From Eledone cirrhosa (Eukaryota): 64,000 nt of DNA. This document shows positions 13,766-27,639 of the stretch, one piece after another. A program made the position numbers and the translations under genes. The notes below the pieces were generated by a model, which had not been told where the DNA came from, ran no database searches, and saw only the letters and a list, made by a program, of their open reading frames with translations. How positions within the stretch are numbered: the stretch's first letter is position 1; every line of letters begins with the position of its first letter. Location of the stretch: the NCBI GenBank assembly GCA_964016885.1, contig OZ024741.1, forward strand, positions 347,200,001 through 347,264,000. Direction: 5' to 3'.

Positions 13766-14477
13766 GAGAGAAATATAAGAAGTAAAAGAATGAAGATACT
13801 GACAATAGGAAACTAATATAAGCCAGCTAAAGACAGTTTATTATGAATAAATGAATAGCTTGGCAACTACTGCGAAAAAATAACAAATATTAAAGAAAAC
13901 GAAAAGTTCAGAATGTAACATAATAAAAAAAAATGGAAGAAATCTATATGCCAATGAATTTGCCATCACTTCTTTATATAGAATATATAGCTGGATAAAC
14001 ATAGTGGCAAATCCTAACACACTGTACCATAATTCTGCCAACACAGCATTAGAAGGCACATATTTAGAAGGAAATTATAGCCGTAAATAAATCGCAATTA
14101 TGTAGTTAGAAAACCACATTATAAATCTACATTTGTTTTCTCGTGGATGCTATTTCCTTCTTCATTTTCACTCACACAGACTGAAATCAATCAATCTATC
14201 TATCTATCTATTCATTTATCTATATTTCTATCTATATAACTATCTATATAACTCACTAACTATCTATTTATTTAACTATTTATCATTCTATCAATCTATC
14301 TGACCCCCCCCCCCTCTCTCTCTCTCTCCATATATATATATATATAAACTATTTATATACACAGATACATACGCGTATATATATATATACATGTCTGTAT
14401 ACATATATATATACATATATATGTTTGTGTATATGTATATATACACCCACCGACACATACATGTATACATATGTACA

Positions 14478-14559
<82 letters not shown>

Positions 14560-15224
14560 GGGTGAATGTGTGTGCGCAAGCGTAGACGTCTATATGCCAA
14601 TGCATTATTTTGTTCTATTTTAATTTTATTTTGTTGTCAGTGCTAAATATTTTTTTTATATCTTCATCCATTTATTCATACTATTTTATCATCTGTATTT
14701 GGTCTGTCATTTTACCAATCTGTTTTTTTTTTTTAACTTTAGGAATTATAAAACGTTTACGGCCATCGTATTTTTGACACTGGCTACATAATTTCCCCCT
14801 TTATTTATTCAAAATCAACTGTTTATTAAATTTACGACGACTCAGTTTCTTAGTATTGCATTCTCTATGTACATCCATGACCAAAATGTTATTTTGGTAT
14901 TATGCTCTAATATACTACAGAAATCAGTGTCAAATTATAACTATGGTCGAAGAGGGACAAATGTTAACCATGCCTTTTCCAATCATAATAAAGACGACGA
15001 TAAACAGGAACAGTGAGTGTAAAACATGTAATTTCACTGCGGACAATTATTATATAGATAAATAAATGCTATCTTTCTTGGTGATACTGAACTATAAACT
15101 TTTATGTATCTGACAACCATCTAGCTGACAAGAAAATAAAACCAATTTTACTTTCCTAAGATCATATTATATTGTTCAGTATTTACCTATTATTATTAAG
15201 GATGGTTGAATTCCGTCCCTTTCC

Positions 15225-15350
15225 TTCCTGAGTTCAAATTCTACCATTGTAAACGTTGGCTTTCAGCTTTCCTGTTCCGATAATATAAAGTACCATTAAA
15301 AACCAGGGGTTGATATAATCCTTTTTTCCTTCCAACAAAGATACTAGCCT
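15225..15350 (+). mobile_element. Old diverged OK-like SINE
   Basis: CTGAGTTCAAATT...GGCTTTCAGCTTT...CGATAATATAAAGTACC. Confidence 0.6.
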
Positions 15351-15653
15351 TTATTTATCTTTCATATAGGTACATTACAAATGAGTTTCTATTAGGTTTG
15401 GAACTCAGATATTAAACGAATGTAAAGCAAAAAATACAAAGGCTATATAAGCTTTTAACATTTCATCTTATCTTCACCTTAGAATATCATTAAATGCATT
15501 CAAACAGCAATGTAAATATTCAAATCAATACTGTTTCAGAGAAAGATAATATATTGAGTGAAATTAATGTTTGAAAAGTTATGAATTTTTTCAAATGAAA
15601 GAGTAAGGCACATAACTTTCTAAAATTAAGATGAGGCAAAGATAATATAAATA

Positions 15654-16199
15654 TTCTTCTTCTTCTTCTTCTTCTTCTTCTTCTTCTTCTTCTTCTTCTT
15701 CTTCTTTTTCTTTTTCTTCTTCTTCTTCTTCTTCTTCTTCTTCTTCTTCTTCTTCTTCTTCTTCTTCTTCTTCTTCTTCTTCTTCTTCGCATACTTATTT
15801 CTGAGAGGGTCTTGGGGGTAGAGTCCTCCAACATTCCCTCCAGCGTGTCCTGTCAGAAGCAACGGTCTCCAACCGATCCGACTGGATCCCCAAGCGTGAC
15901 CAGCGTAGCTCATGGCCGTTGTCCAACTACCTTGCTCGGGAGCTACCCTTGCGACTCCTACCTGTTAGTTTTGCCCATAAAGTCTATCCAGCGATACTTT
16001 CCTGAGACATTCTAAACGTATGGCCATAGTATCGGAGCTGTGATCTCTAAATTCGGAGAAGTAGCGGCTCTACGTAGAGTGACTATCTGATCCTCGAGCT
16101 ATGCTTTTTCTCGCGTAACATTACTCCAGAGACCCTTCAGACGAATCCCATTTCCGCCGCTTGTATTCGCCATCCTATTCTTTCGGTCATTACCCCAGA
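15654..16199 (-). mobile_element. RTE-clade LINE 3' end with (GAA)n tail
   Basis: Minus translation VMTERIGWRIQAAEMGF...VEPLLLRI*RSQLRYYGH..RM (RTE C-terminal motifs). (TTC)n at 15654-15788 reads as the (GAA)n tail. Confidence 0.85.
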
Positions 16200-16493
16200 T
16201 TTAGAACCACATCTGAATGGCTGGAATGGAAATCGGTTCTGCGAAACTGAGACACTCGTGCTCTCAAGGAACCTTGCGCAGTGCACACTACACGTGAACG
16301 GAATTCACTGAAGCAGGTACAGAAGTTCAGGTATTTCGGAACCGTGTTCCCGAATGATGGAAGGCAGGAGACTGAAATATGTGCAAGAATTGCAAAATAT
16401 TGTGCCATAATGCGCCAGCTTCAGCATTTAGTAATTAACATAAGGGGTAGGTGTAAAAAGGTTTTCGTGCCAACCCTTACTTATGTTCAAGGG
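16200..16493 (+). mobile_element. Inverted upstream segment of the same RTE LINE
   Basis: LKQVQKFRYFG...EICARIAK...VFVPTLTY, the region that directly precedes WVMTE in RTE RTs. Confidence 0.85.
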
Positions 16494-16522
16494 TATACAC
16501 ACACATATACACACACGCACAC

Positions 16523-16564
<42 letters not shown>

Positions 16565-16700
16565 GAAAAAAGGAAATTTCATTTATCACTCTTAGTACGG
16601 CTGATACTTAAATATAAGTATGTATACGTACATACATATATGTATACAGACGTACAGTAGTATGTATATATATACATACATGCACACGTATATACATGTA

Positions 16701-16866
16701 CGTATGGGTTTACCGAACACTTATTACAATTCTCGGTTTGTTTGTAAACAAACAGCACGAATTATTAGCCGTACAGTGTTCGGCAACCATCATTTTGTTC
16801 AACACTGACACAGGAACGATGAACTATAATACGAGCCTTATAATAAGTGTTCGGTAAACTCTTACG
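16701..16866. mobile_element. Tc1/mariner-type MITE (166 bp)
   Basis: 26-bp TIR CGTATGGGTTTACCGAACACTTATTA / TAATAAGTGTTCGGTAAACTCTTACG, flanked by TA on both sides. Confidence 0.85.
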
Positions 16867-17543
16867 TACATATATATATGTATATACATACTACTGTACC
16901 TCTATACATATATGTATGTACGTATACATACATACTTACATTTAAGTATCTGCCGTACTTATATATATATATATATATATATATATGGAGGAGAGGCGTT
17001 TTCTTTGTTATATTTTGGTATCTCGCCTCTTCATCAAAAAATAAAATGGTTAACAAACAAAATAGTATTATATACATATCTATGTATATCTGTAGAATCA
17101 TTTATGTCAATGGAATAATTCATGAGGTTATGTCGCATTCCCTTTGTATTTCTTAAACGACACATCTTTATTAATATCATTAAATATTGGTAAGTTTAAA
17201 TACAGAGCTATGATTAATCATTTTAAGGGTTTAGTTAACCTGAGTAAACGTAAGCAATTGCAATATTTACAGTAATGTAAATAATTAAATAGTTAATTGA
17301 AATATATATCTTGCATCAGGTTTCCTTTCAATTCATTAGTTTTGTCAAACGTGTCATATACATTGGAACTTAAGAACGGCATTAATAACGCCCACGTATT
17401 ATGTCAAATATATGGGTATAATTGAAAAGTGCTTTCCGGTGAGACATCAATATCTTGCAATAATTTGCTTAAGTTGCACAGAGAATCGATTCAATGCAAT
17501 TATAAATGTCGACACATTTCAACGCGGATTCATATAAGCATGG

Positions 17544-17684
<141 letters not shown>

Positions 17685-17833
17685 TATATATATATCAAAA
17701 GATAGTGTGTGTATGGATGTATTCAACATTCTAGATATACGTCAATTTGAAGAAATTTTAATACCTTCGAGATTTACTTGTATTGAAATCCCGTGCAGGT
17801 GAATCTCAATAGATATTCCAATTACTCAGTTGC

Positions 17834-17864
<31 letters not shown>

Positions 17865-18524
17865 TGTATGTATGTATGTATGTATGCGTGAGTATAGAAA
17901 TCTCTCTCTCTCTTTGTATATATATATATAATTATTAGAGGATTATTAAAGGAAGACATATATCATATCGACAAAATTTATTTCCGTTCATCATCAAGCC
18001 GACTGTATAGTAATCATATAAAAATTAATAGGTTAATTGAAACACATGGTAACATCAATAACCTTAATAATGTTAATAGTTCTAGTAATTGTATAGAATC
18101 ATTAAATGATAGCACTTTCACAAATAATCTCATCCTTCTCATTGATATCCCTCCTTAAAACTTGTGTATTATTTTAATGAGTGAGAATATATTTGCATAT
18201 GTAGAAAGGTCTGTTCTTTGGCAATGGATTAGGACACGCTATGAATATATTATTCATAATATACATATTTCATAATAGTATATTAAATATCAAATAATAT
18301 ATATTATATATAGATAAATCAAAATAAAAACCAAAAAACATATAATATTTATATTTACATAGTATGTATTGCATTTATTTATTTTATATAAAATTAACGA
18401 TTTTATTTACTATATAATATCTACACTTTGTGTGTAGGCAGGTTTCTCTGTAAATATGGTTGGGGGTACTGAGGGTATTGTGTGGTTGTGAAGAGGGGTT
18501 GAGACAAATATTGAGAAAATCTAT

Positions 18525-18580
18525 GCTACAGCAACTATAGCAAATCATGTGTCGGACGATCTAACGACTTTGCCATCCTA
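18525..18580 (-). mobile_element. SINE head fragment
   Basis: Minus GATGGCAAAGTCGTTAGATCGTCCGACAC resembles the A-box region of the OK SINE. Confidence 0.45.
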
Positions 18581-19569
18581 ACGTACGTACTTCGTTTGAG
18601 GGTCACCGTACGGGCGAGTTTTGCAGTGGCAATGAGAATAAACAATAAATGGAAATTTAGAAACAACCTAATAAATAAATTGATACCGACCTACTTTGCT
18701 GGTTATTATTGCTCCGATATTTCCACACAAATTAAGAAATAAAACAAACCCTGCAGGCAAGAAAACTTTATTGTTTTTTAATGAAATTGCTTGTAGTGTA
18801 TGTTGGACAATATTAAATGTATTTCAACTACATGTATAACAAATCTTACAATGAAACAAATACATTATTAAGAAAAAGCTAAAGCTATTGTTCTTTCTTT
18901 TTACAATAATTTTTGTTTTCATTTAATTTTGCTCTAGAGAATTTCCTGAGAATGAGAATGAATTATTGGTGTCGGATATTATATGAATTGTTTTTCTCCA
19001 ATAATTACATTAGGATTTGAATTTTTCTTTGCATTTTGTGATGAAAGTTATTATTTTCTTGCTAAATTTAACACTGTTTCTAATTCCATGACGTGGCATC
19101 AAGTCCAATCATATTCATTAAAATAACGGTAAAATGATTTTTAAAATAGTCATCAAGTCAGCAATTGAAGCGGAGGCGAAATATCTATGATATTGGCCAT
19201 TGTATTTGACTGAGACAATATCATATCCAACACTGAAACATGAAAGGCAAATTTGACCCAGGTGGGATTTTAGGAAGGTATATTTTAGAAGTAAATATGT
19301 TCTTCACAATGCACCGAAAACGAGAAAAAAAAAAAGAAGGCGCAGCCAGAACACATGACTCATAACAATTTGTTCGACGTTCTCATGCTTTTGCCAATTC
19401 GTTCTACAAATGTTCGAAATAATTCCACAAGTCAGTAATTTACGGGCACTAGACGAATGCGTACAGAACGGGTTTGTCGTTCGGTTCTACACGCATGTCG
19501 GGACGGTCCGTACGAGTAGAGCAATACTATTAATACTACTACTACTAATAAAATTAATAATAATAATAA

Positions 19570-21796
19570 TGATCTTTAGACTTCTGAAGATATCTGGCCG
19601 TCCTGCCCCTGCTGGGACGTAGACGACTACTAGACTGAACGCATTGCCTTCACTGCCGGTCACATCCATCACCACCGACTTACCTTCTCGGTCCAGGAAG
19701 TTGGGCCCTATGGCGAGATACAAGCCTCTCCGAAAAATCACAGAAACTCCGCCGCCAGTCCCCGACGGCTGCGAGATGCCGTCGAAGATCGGTGCGAAGG
19801 CCATTGCTTCAGAAATTCTGATCTCGCCGATGGCCACCACATCTATGTTAAGTGACCTGAGGTCGTTAAGCAGGTGGCCCTGCTTCCAAGATGACCCCCG
19901 GCAACGTACATTTACACTGCCTATTCTAAGTAAGGCCAAGTTGGGTGAGGGACGGGTTAAGTGAGAAACGATCACTTACCTTGATCGTGTCGAACCGTCC
20001 CTTCAGCTGGTCATGGGTGTCTCCAAGATATCATCCGTGTATATCCTCTTCGGAAGCGACCCTCTGAATTCCCCAACTGAGTTGCGCAATTTTTACTTGA
20101 ACTGCTTATATTGTTTCAGTATGATCTTAACGATTTTTATGTTTTTCGGTAATGTTCTTGGTGTTGGTGGGGCAGAGTAATTGTTGTCTGTAATGGCTGT
20201 GTGCTGCTTTATATGTTCCATAAGTTTTTTATTTGCAATGTTTATGGCTGTGTAATTCTTCTTGGGTGGGTGGGGGTGTTGCTGTTTTATTGTTGCTGGT
20301 GTTGGGTGGGTGTGCCTTGTTGTGTTTGCGATGTGGGTTTTTGTGGTGATGCTCATGGTGGTGGGTTTGTTGTTGGTAATGCTTGTGGTGGTGATGGTGA
20401 TGTTGGTGGTGTTGCTGCAAGTCACCTTGTAGCCTTTACTCCTCTTTGTCTGCCCTCGCTTCTGGAGGGCGGAGGTAAGGGGATTTTTCTTTTCTTTTTG
20501 TGGAAGAGCTTTTGCCACTCAACTCACGCCTCACACTCCATCTTGGATTCCGTGGTGTCTCGGAGGGGTATGAGATCCACGACTGTTGTTGGTGCTAGTG
20601 GAGCCCGCTCCGATGATTTTGTCAACGGTGTAGCTAATGCGACTGTTAGTGTGCCGCCACTGCTGTCGTAGTTTTACTTGTCCGTGGCCTTAGTATGGGT
20701 GCCACGGACGTAGCCCTTCTACATACTATAGAAGGACATGAGGCCTCTGTTGCCCGTCCTGCTCCTGGTAGCAGCTGACCAGGCGTCGGAAGGAGGGTGT
20801 CCTCCTTTGCAGACTTCTGCGGGCAAAATACCCTGAGGTGCCCCTTTGATCCACATATATAATACTTTGTGCACCTTCCTTCCACGTTTATGAGGAGTTG
20901 AACTATTTCGAGGTTGATGGTGTCCGAGATAGTTTCCTTACAATCCTGGTCAGTTTTGATTAGCATTTGCGTTCGAACACCTGACCAGTTCTCCCTCCCT
21001 ATCATCTAAACTTGCAGCGTGGTCACCCTGTCCTCAACTACGACGAGGACAGACATGGCCAGCCAAGGTATAGGCACCTCATGCTCGACCTGGGATAGTT
21101 TCACCCTCACAATCTTCTGCCCACAGTAGGAGGGCTCAAACAATATCTCCTCACTTTTTAGGGTTACCAGAGTATAAGACTTCTCCACTTGAGGTGTGGT
21201 AAAAAGTAGATTTACGGTGGCAAATCTTTTGCCTCGAGTGACATGGGTTTTGCTTGCCCACACGAACCCCAAGGCCTTTTGAATTTGAACCTCCGTGGCT
21301 CTCTCCACCCGATGTATTTTTTTGTTTATTGTGCTGTATGTAACCGTCCGCAGTTGTGGATCTTTGAAATACTGTGGTGAAGGTTTCAGGGAAAACCCAT
21401 TTTTTTCATAGTCACAATGGCCTTTGCGACCACCATATCCTCCTCCGTGACTTTCACTGTCTCTATATTCCGGGCCACCTTTGCAAAAGAAATGGTCCCT
21501 TTTTCATCGGCACCATTGAGGTACCGCTACTGCTGCTACTGGTCTCGTTGATGGTGCTGGGATCGTTGTGACTGTTATTGATGTTGTTGTTTTGGTTATT
21601 GTTCTTGGTTTCCTTGATACTGTTAGTGCTGTTATTGTTCTTGTGGTTATTGTTTGTGTCGTTTGTGTCAGAACCATTTGGCTGTTTTAAATCTGAAACT
21701 ATGTCATTAATATCGATATTTTTGCACTTTTCTTTCGAAATATTATCTTTTGTATCCAGCTTCGCTAAAATGCTGTTTTGTTGGACTGTTGACAAC
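19570..21796 (-). mobile_element. Tx1/L1-clade LINE 5' part: ORF1 remnant plus APE endonuclease N-terminus
   Basis: Broken ORF1 with zinc knuckle (Y)YICGSKGHLRVFC. ORF2 start LRIGSVNVR...DVVAIGE...GGVSVIF...DREGKSVVMDV...VVYVP. 3'-truncated. Confidence 0.88.
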
Positions 21797-21843
21797 GTCT
21801 CTCTTTCTCTCTCTCTATCTCTGTCTCTCTCTCTCTGTCTCTC

Positions 21844-21877
<34 letters not shown>

Positions 21878-21901
21878 GCTCTCTCTCTCTCTCTATCTTT
21901 A

Positions 21902-21966
<65 letters not shown>
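21797..21966. repeat. (TC)n microsatellite
   Basis: Direct inspection. Confidence 0.95.
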
Positions 21967-21969
<3 letters not shown>

Positions 21970-22190
21970 AGTGGTATCTATGTTTGAACAACATTTTTTT
22001 CCTCGTGAAATTTTACTGATTAACGATGTGTCGTAATATTTACGGGTGAACCACCTGTTAAGTGGGTCACTTCCTCTAAACTCTTATCAAGTTTAAACAT
22101 TGAATAGAATGTTAGAGGCGGTCGAAATAGATTAACACAGTTAAATGGCTTCATCTTTAATAATAATAATAATAATATATATATATATAT

Positions 22191-22330
22191 TTTCTACTTT
22201 TGGCAAAAGACCAGCAATTAAATAATCAGAACATTACTGGTACTTTATTTTATAGATCCTGTAAGGATGAAAGGCAAAGTTAACTTTGGCGGGATTTGAA
22301 CTCAAAGCATGGCGTCAGACCTTCTACCGA
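22191..22330 (-). mobile_element. OK-like SINE (internally deleted head)
   Basis: Reverse complement of the SINE body, B box and tail. Confidence 0.88.
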
Positions 22331-22334
22331 AGAG

Positions 22335-24560
22335 TTATAATTGTTTCATTTATTAGACAGAAGGACCGACATATAGTGTACAATAAAATCACAGGAACAG
22401 TTGGAGTTTGAAATGAAATCGAGTGAAAGGCGAAGATAATAAAAACAATTAACAATAACATGATCACAAAAGGCTGGAGAGTCAATACGTACAGGAAGGA
22501 GCAGATGCCGTTTTGCATTGCAGTGATCCTGGTTTTGATGATGGGACCGAAGAAAGTTGTTTCAGTCCAGCCCCCATGTATCGATTGTCAGACCTATCGA
22601 AAGATTTCGATTGATAACAATTGATCAAAGCCCGACCGAAGCCATACTTAATTCTACTCAGTCTATGATGGTTCGCATGAAGTGGAGTTTGTTGTGTATG
22701 GATCTAATCGGAAGTGTGCAAGGTTTCGCCTCCCTAACAGAACCTCGATGAAAATCGCCAAACTTTTCGCTAACATCTTAGCCAACAGAGTTATGGGCCT
22801 GAAATTATCAAATGTATCCTCTTGTTCTCATATTTTTCTCATCAACACCACTAATCCCTGGGAATACGTTTATTCTGCTGCCAGTTATGCCAGTTGCAGT
22901 AGATTGCTGCAAAGAGATCGGAGAACACGTCTAGAATGTCTATGTAAATCTCGTAGGGCAGATCATCTATCGACGCTGACTTGCGTCCCATGCTTCCCGA
23001 TCAAGTCTTCCCGAATTGCGGCTGATGTTATCAACCTTTCGCAGAATTCCTCATTGGCTGCGAAGAGTCGCAGGAGGCTGTTGAGTGAGGAACTGAAATC
23101 CACCACCGTTTCCGATCTTCCCCTCTCCCCATCAGTCTAGAAAATTGGTGGCGAAAGGCCTCAGACATCTATCACACATCTTTCAGCTCGTATCCGTCTC
23201 GCATCCGTTCACACTACGCCTCCACAATGTAAGCGATTCGAACAACTTTCGCTCCCTCGTTTCTTAGACCACACACCTTAGCTCTGACAATGCTACCTTC
23301 GTATTTCGCATTGAAGAAATGGTCTGATGCCACTCTCACATCTAACACGTCAGTTGCAATGTCACTGCCAATTATGCCCCTTTTTATTTTCTCCTAGCGC
23401 TATTTCTTTACTAATGCCTATTGATATTACTGTAATCTCTCTCATGAGAGCGCCCCACCAACTATTGTTGAGGATCCCCTGTCAGCTTACACTTAACTAA
23501 AGAGCTGACCCGGCCCCTCTTAGCTTTACGTGTTGGGAATGGCGTGTACAGATTCCATTAATCAGGTCCTAATCTACGTGTTCTATGTAGATCAACCATG
23601 CAGATCAAAATGTTATGATCTGAATAGGATACTGTTTGAACTTGTGGACAATCTATACTATCGATATTTACTGACCTAATAAAGTACCTCTGTATATACG
23701 ATCTAGGTGATCATATGCGGTTGGTCCATGTCTACACTGATACATTAGGGGAATCGTCAGTATTTGTGAGACAGTTGGAACTGGCCCATCAGGCAGTTGA
23801 TGCTTTTGAACCCTACTATCCTATCAGCTAATCCCACACATTCTCAGCGTGCGTCTAAAAGGCTGTGCCAGTCCTCCGCTAACAGTCAAGGGCGATACGT
23901 TCACAGGAAGCCTTCCTGGCACTCGAAGAAATCAGAGCGTTGACTGATATTTTTCCTGTATTTTTTGTTGTCGCTGATATGGAGACAGCTGAATTCCAAG
24001 GGCCCCTTCCTATTTTGTTGGAAGGTCTTACATTCTGCTTTGTCTCCTGCTCGCTATATACGTTTGACAAGACTTAGTTTATTTTGTTGTTGTTTTGTTA
24101 CTCTTACTGATAGTATTGTTCATGTTGATGCTTCTGCCTTTGCTATTAATATCTGATTTGAGCCAGTGTTTTTTGTGTTGTCATGATGGTGGGGTTGGTG
24201 GTTTTAGTGTTGTTGCTGTTTTTTATTATATTTATTTGATTCTTTTTGTGTTGATGGAGGTGGCAGCGATGCTTGATTCGGCTAATGCTGGATAGTCATG
24301 TTCATATATTTTTATTGTATGAATTTTGTCGTTATCTTAGTATCGTTGCTGTTGCTGTGGACTTAACTTATGTTGGTGTGCTTGTGTTGGTTTTAGTGAC
24401 AGTATCTGTATTGCTGTTGGTGAAATTGGTGATAGTGTTGTTGGGGATGTAATTTTTGCCCTTTAGACTCGAATGCGTGTTTCTGTCGCGTGATGTGCAA
24501 CTTTGGTTGCTTGGTTTCTAAGTAAAGGCTTATCGCTTCCATTTCTTTAAATGCTTGTGA
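22335..24560 (-). mobile_element. Decayed Tx1-like LINE (ORF1 piece, APE C-half, RT domains up to about domain 4)
   Basis: Minus motifs TWTN, SYSDH (APE), DNFRPITLL, RSIHNKLHFMR, QSKSFDR, FLYVLTLQP (RT). Many stops. Confidence 0.8.
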
Positions 24561-25333
24561 GCGTAAAATGTAATATAAAACTTAAAATTTTATTACAAAT
24601 CATTGTGCCCAAGGCACAAATACTATGGGGTCTCCCTTGTTGAGCGTAAGACTAACGTGTCCCCTTTGTATGAAAACATTCTAACATTTAAATACCTTAA
24701 AATAATAAACGTACCGAAACACGTCCACATGATTCAATCACCAATAATAATAAAAATAATAGTAATAATAATAACAATAATTATTAGTGTTATAATTGTA
24801 ATAATAATAATACAGACAGGTTTGTCTTTTAATATTAACGTCCCTAACAACAAAGTAAAATTAAAATAGAACAACAGAAAAACTATGAAGATATTTAAGT
24901 GTTATATGAATACTACACAACATTGTACCGAAAATAGACAAGAATCATAAAAGATATATATGAGATATGGAGGATTATGAACAATTACGCAAGGAAAAAT
25001 ATTAAAGTGAACACTTTAGAAAACGTGAGAAGAATAATTCCTATGAGATTCTATATATTCCAGAATCAATTTAGACAAACGTATGGAGTGAATACACATT
25101 GAAAATAAAACAAATCATATAACGGCAAATAACCAATGAGATAACAAACTAAAATTACACAACCAAGCATTCTTTTCCTAAAACAGATAAAATCCCGCAA
25201 AACAAAGAATGGAACGCATCAGAGACAGATTACCATATATGCAATAAGTGAGAAAGCAAAACAAAATTAAACAAGAACAGAGGAGAGCAAATCAAAAGCC
25301 GACAGAAAGCCTAAAACAAAGACATACACGAAA

Positions 25334-25402
<69 letters not shown>

Positions 25403-26537
25403 CCTGAAGACCACAGCTAATAACAAATATAATAGAAACAAACACACAGTGTTACATATACCTTAGCATCAATAATGAGCTGAAAAGTGACTGATGCATT
25501 AAAGAAGACACACTATAAATAATTTGTATATTTAAACATTTGATGCCACAAGGTTGTACTTTCGGAACGGCAAGTTATCTAAATATTAGTTTTGGTAGAC
25601 TTTATTCTACTACTATCAAAACTTTTTTTTTTTTAGCTTTTATCCAGACATGATCTACGATATATTGTTTAATGCGTGCAAGGTTGCATTGTTAATTACT
25701 TGTTTCAAGTTCTTGGTACACTGCAAGATGAATGAAGTTGGGGAAGGCTTTGCTGTCCTTTAATCCATCGTAAATAATATCATACACACAAATATGATGA
25801 CGATAATAAAATAGGCTTCAGTGTGTTGATCTGTGGGTATATTTGAAGATGAGGGAATGAAAGATATGTTTATAGAGTTAGTCATGGAGGAACGAGAAAT
25901 AAAATGAATAGTTTTGGTGTTTTCATAGCACTTTCAATAAAGGAAATTATAAAAGAAAAAAATAATGATTTCACGTAATAATGTGGATTTGGAGTTTTTT
26001 CAATTGCTGATGCGTATGTATATATGTGTCCGCTTGTGTGCATATGCATGCATTTATATGTATGAGTATATAAATATAAACGCCCAAATACAGACACACT
26101 TACACAAATACACACACACACTCATACATTCACAGAAATACCCATATACCTTCACAGAAAAGCATATATACACATACAGCATAGCAAATGGAAACCCAGC
26201 CGCTGGTTGGTTATAGATGTTTCACTATCCTCTACCTTCCTTTTACATACACATACATTCACACAGGGACAGAATTTTCTGAAAATTATATATAGTGTCA
26301 GTCCACGGAAATTTAACGGATTGAAATATGTTTAGGATATTCAAATAGAAGAGAAAGAAAAATGGTAAATTGATTGGCAATTGCCAATTCAAGATTATCA
26401 AAATACTTTTAGAATTGCCTCAAAAACAATTGATAAGACCAATCGTGAAGACACCTCAAATGTCAACATACGCATAGGAAGGACCTTTAAACCCTGCCAA
26501 GCGTTAAACTGCGTGAACATCATTATGTATCTATACA

Positions 26538-26702
26538 AAGGGTCGGACGCCATGCTTTGACGCATAGCGTTACAGCCCTTGTCATTCTGAGTTCAAATCC
26601 CGCCGAGGTTAACTTTGCCTTTCATCCTTACGGGGTGATAAAATAAAGTACCAGTAATACACTGGGTAATTGCTGGCATTGTGCCAAAAGTTGAAACAAT
26701 TA
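26538..26702 (+). mobile_element. OK-like SINE
   Basis: Matches the other copies. Confidence 0.92.
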
Positions 26703-27639
26703 TGTATCTATACAAATCGACATTGCCCGGCTGGTTATTCATTTTGCGTATTGTTATAAGTGCTTTTAATCATTACTTTTCTGTGTGAGTATAACTGGTA
26801 CAAAGATTCAACAGCTCAATGTTCTGTTCGAAGCAGAACACTGTTCTTCTTCCGTAAAGAATGAAAATATTATACACATCTGTGAATATTTTGAAATCCT
26901 TATTTGCCCTCTCCAGCAAATTGCAAACAATGACACGAATGCGTATATTTCGTTTAATATATGGAAAATAACTTCATTCTCTTGATACATATCTTAAAAG
27001 AACTGTATCAGTGAAATATATACTAGTTTAATGGCGTTCTATAATGTGTGTTCTAGTATAGCATGCTATATTTTGGTACAACATTTCATTTGCTTATGCC
27101 ATATTATCTCAAATTGCGGCTTGCAGTAGAAACCCATATCTGACATCTATATACACCGGTTTGGAGTCTGAAATCCATAATTCCTCCAGATAATTCCGTA
27201 TGTAAACTAGTCAACAGAGGGACCTAATGTTTAAAATTTAGAACATATAAATGTTGAAATCTTATAACCACTTAGAGGATTCAAATCAAGTCTACTAATT
27301 GCGCCATCTGTAGGTGTTTTATTTTGCACTCCATATATAAACAAGTATACAATTATCTGAGAAGACAAAAAAAAAAAATAATAATAATAATATTAGAAAA
27401 CTTTTAGCGTGGGGATGAAAGAGAGTAAAGAGCATCATGTTTTCAGAGATTTATAAAACAGCAGGAGTATGCCTCAAATATTTATCGTTTTGACGTAATG
27501 TAGGATATATATGAGAAGTAATCCATTGCGAGTATCGCATCAGCACCTCAGTAATTGGTGGCACACATATTTTTCTGTCTCTGAATAAGAATATATTTTA
27601 AAAGTCAATGAATGTCTCTTGTGTTGAAATGCCGCAGCA

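Noticed and set aside
15520-15913. Poly-Arg (protamine-like) and poly-Lys ORFs
   Set aside because: They are the (GAA)n tail of the RTE insertion.
25400-25500. HHR-like CTGAAGA after a weak PLE-like fragment (24820-25330)
   Set aside because: No convincing stem I or III, and the protein motifs are too weak to call.
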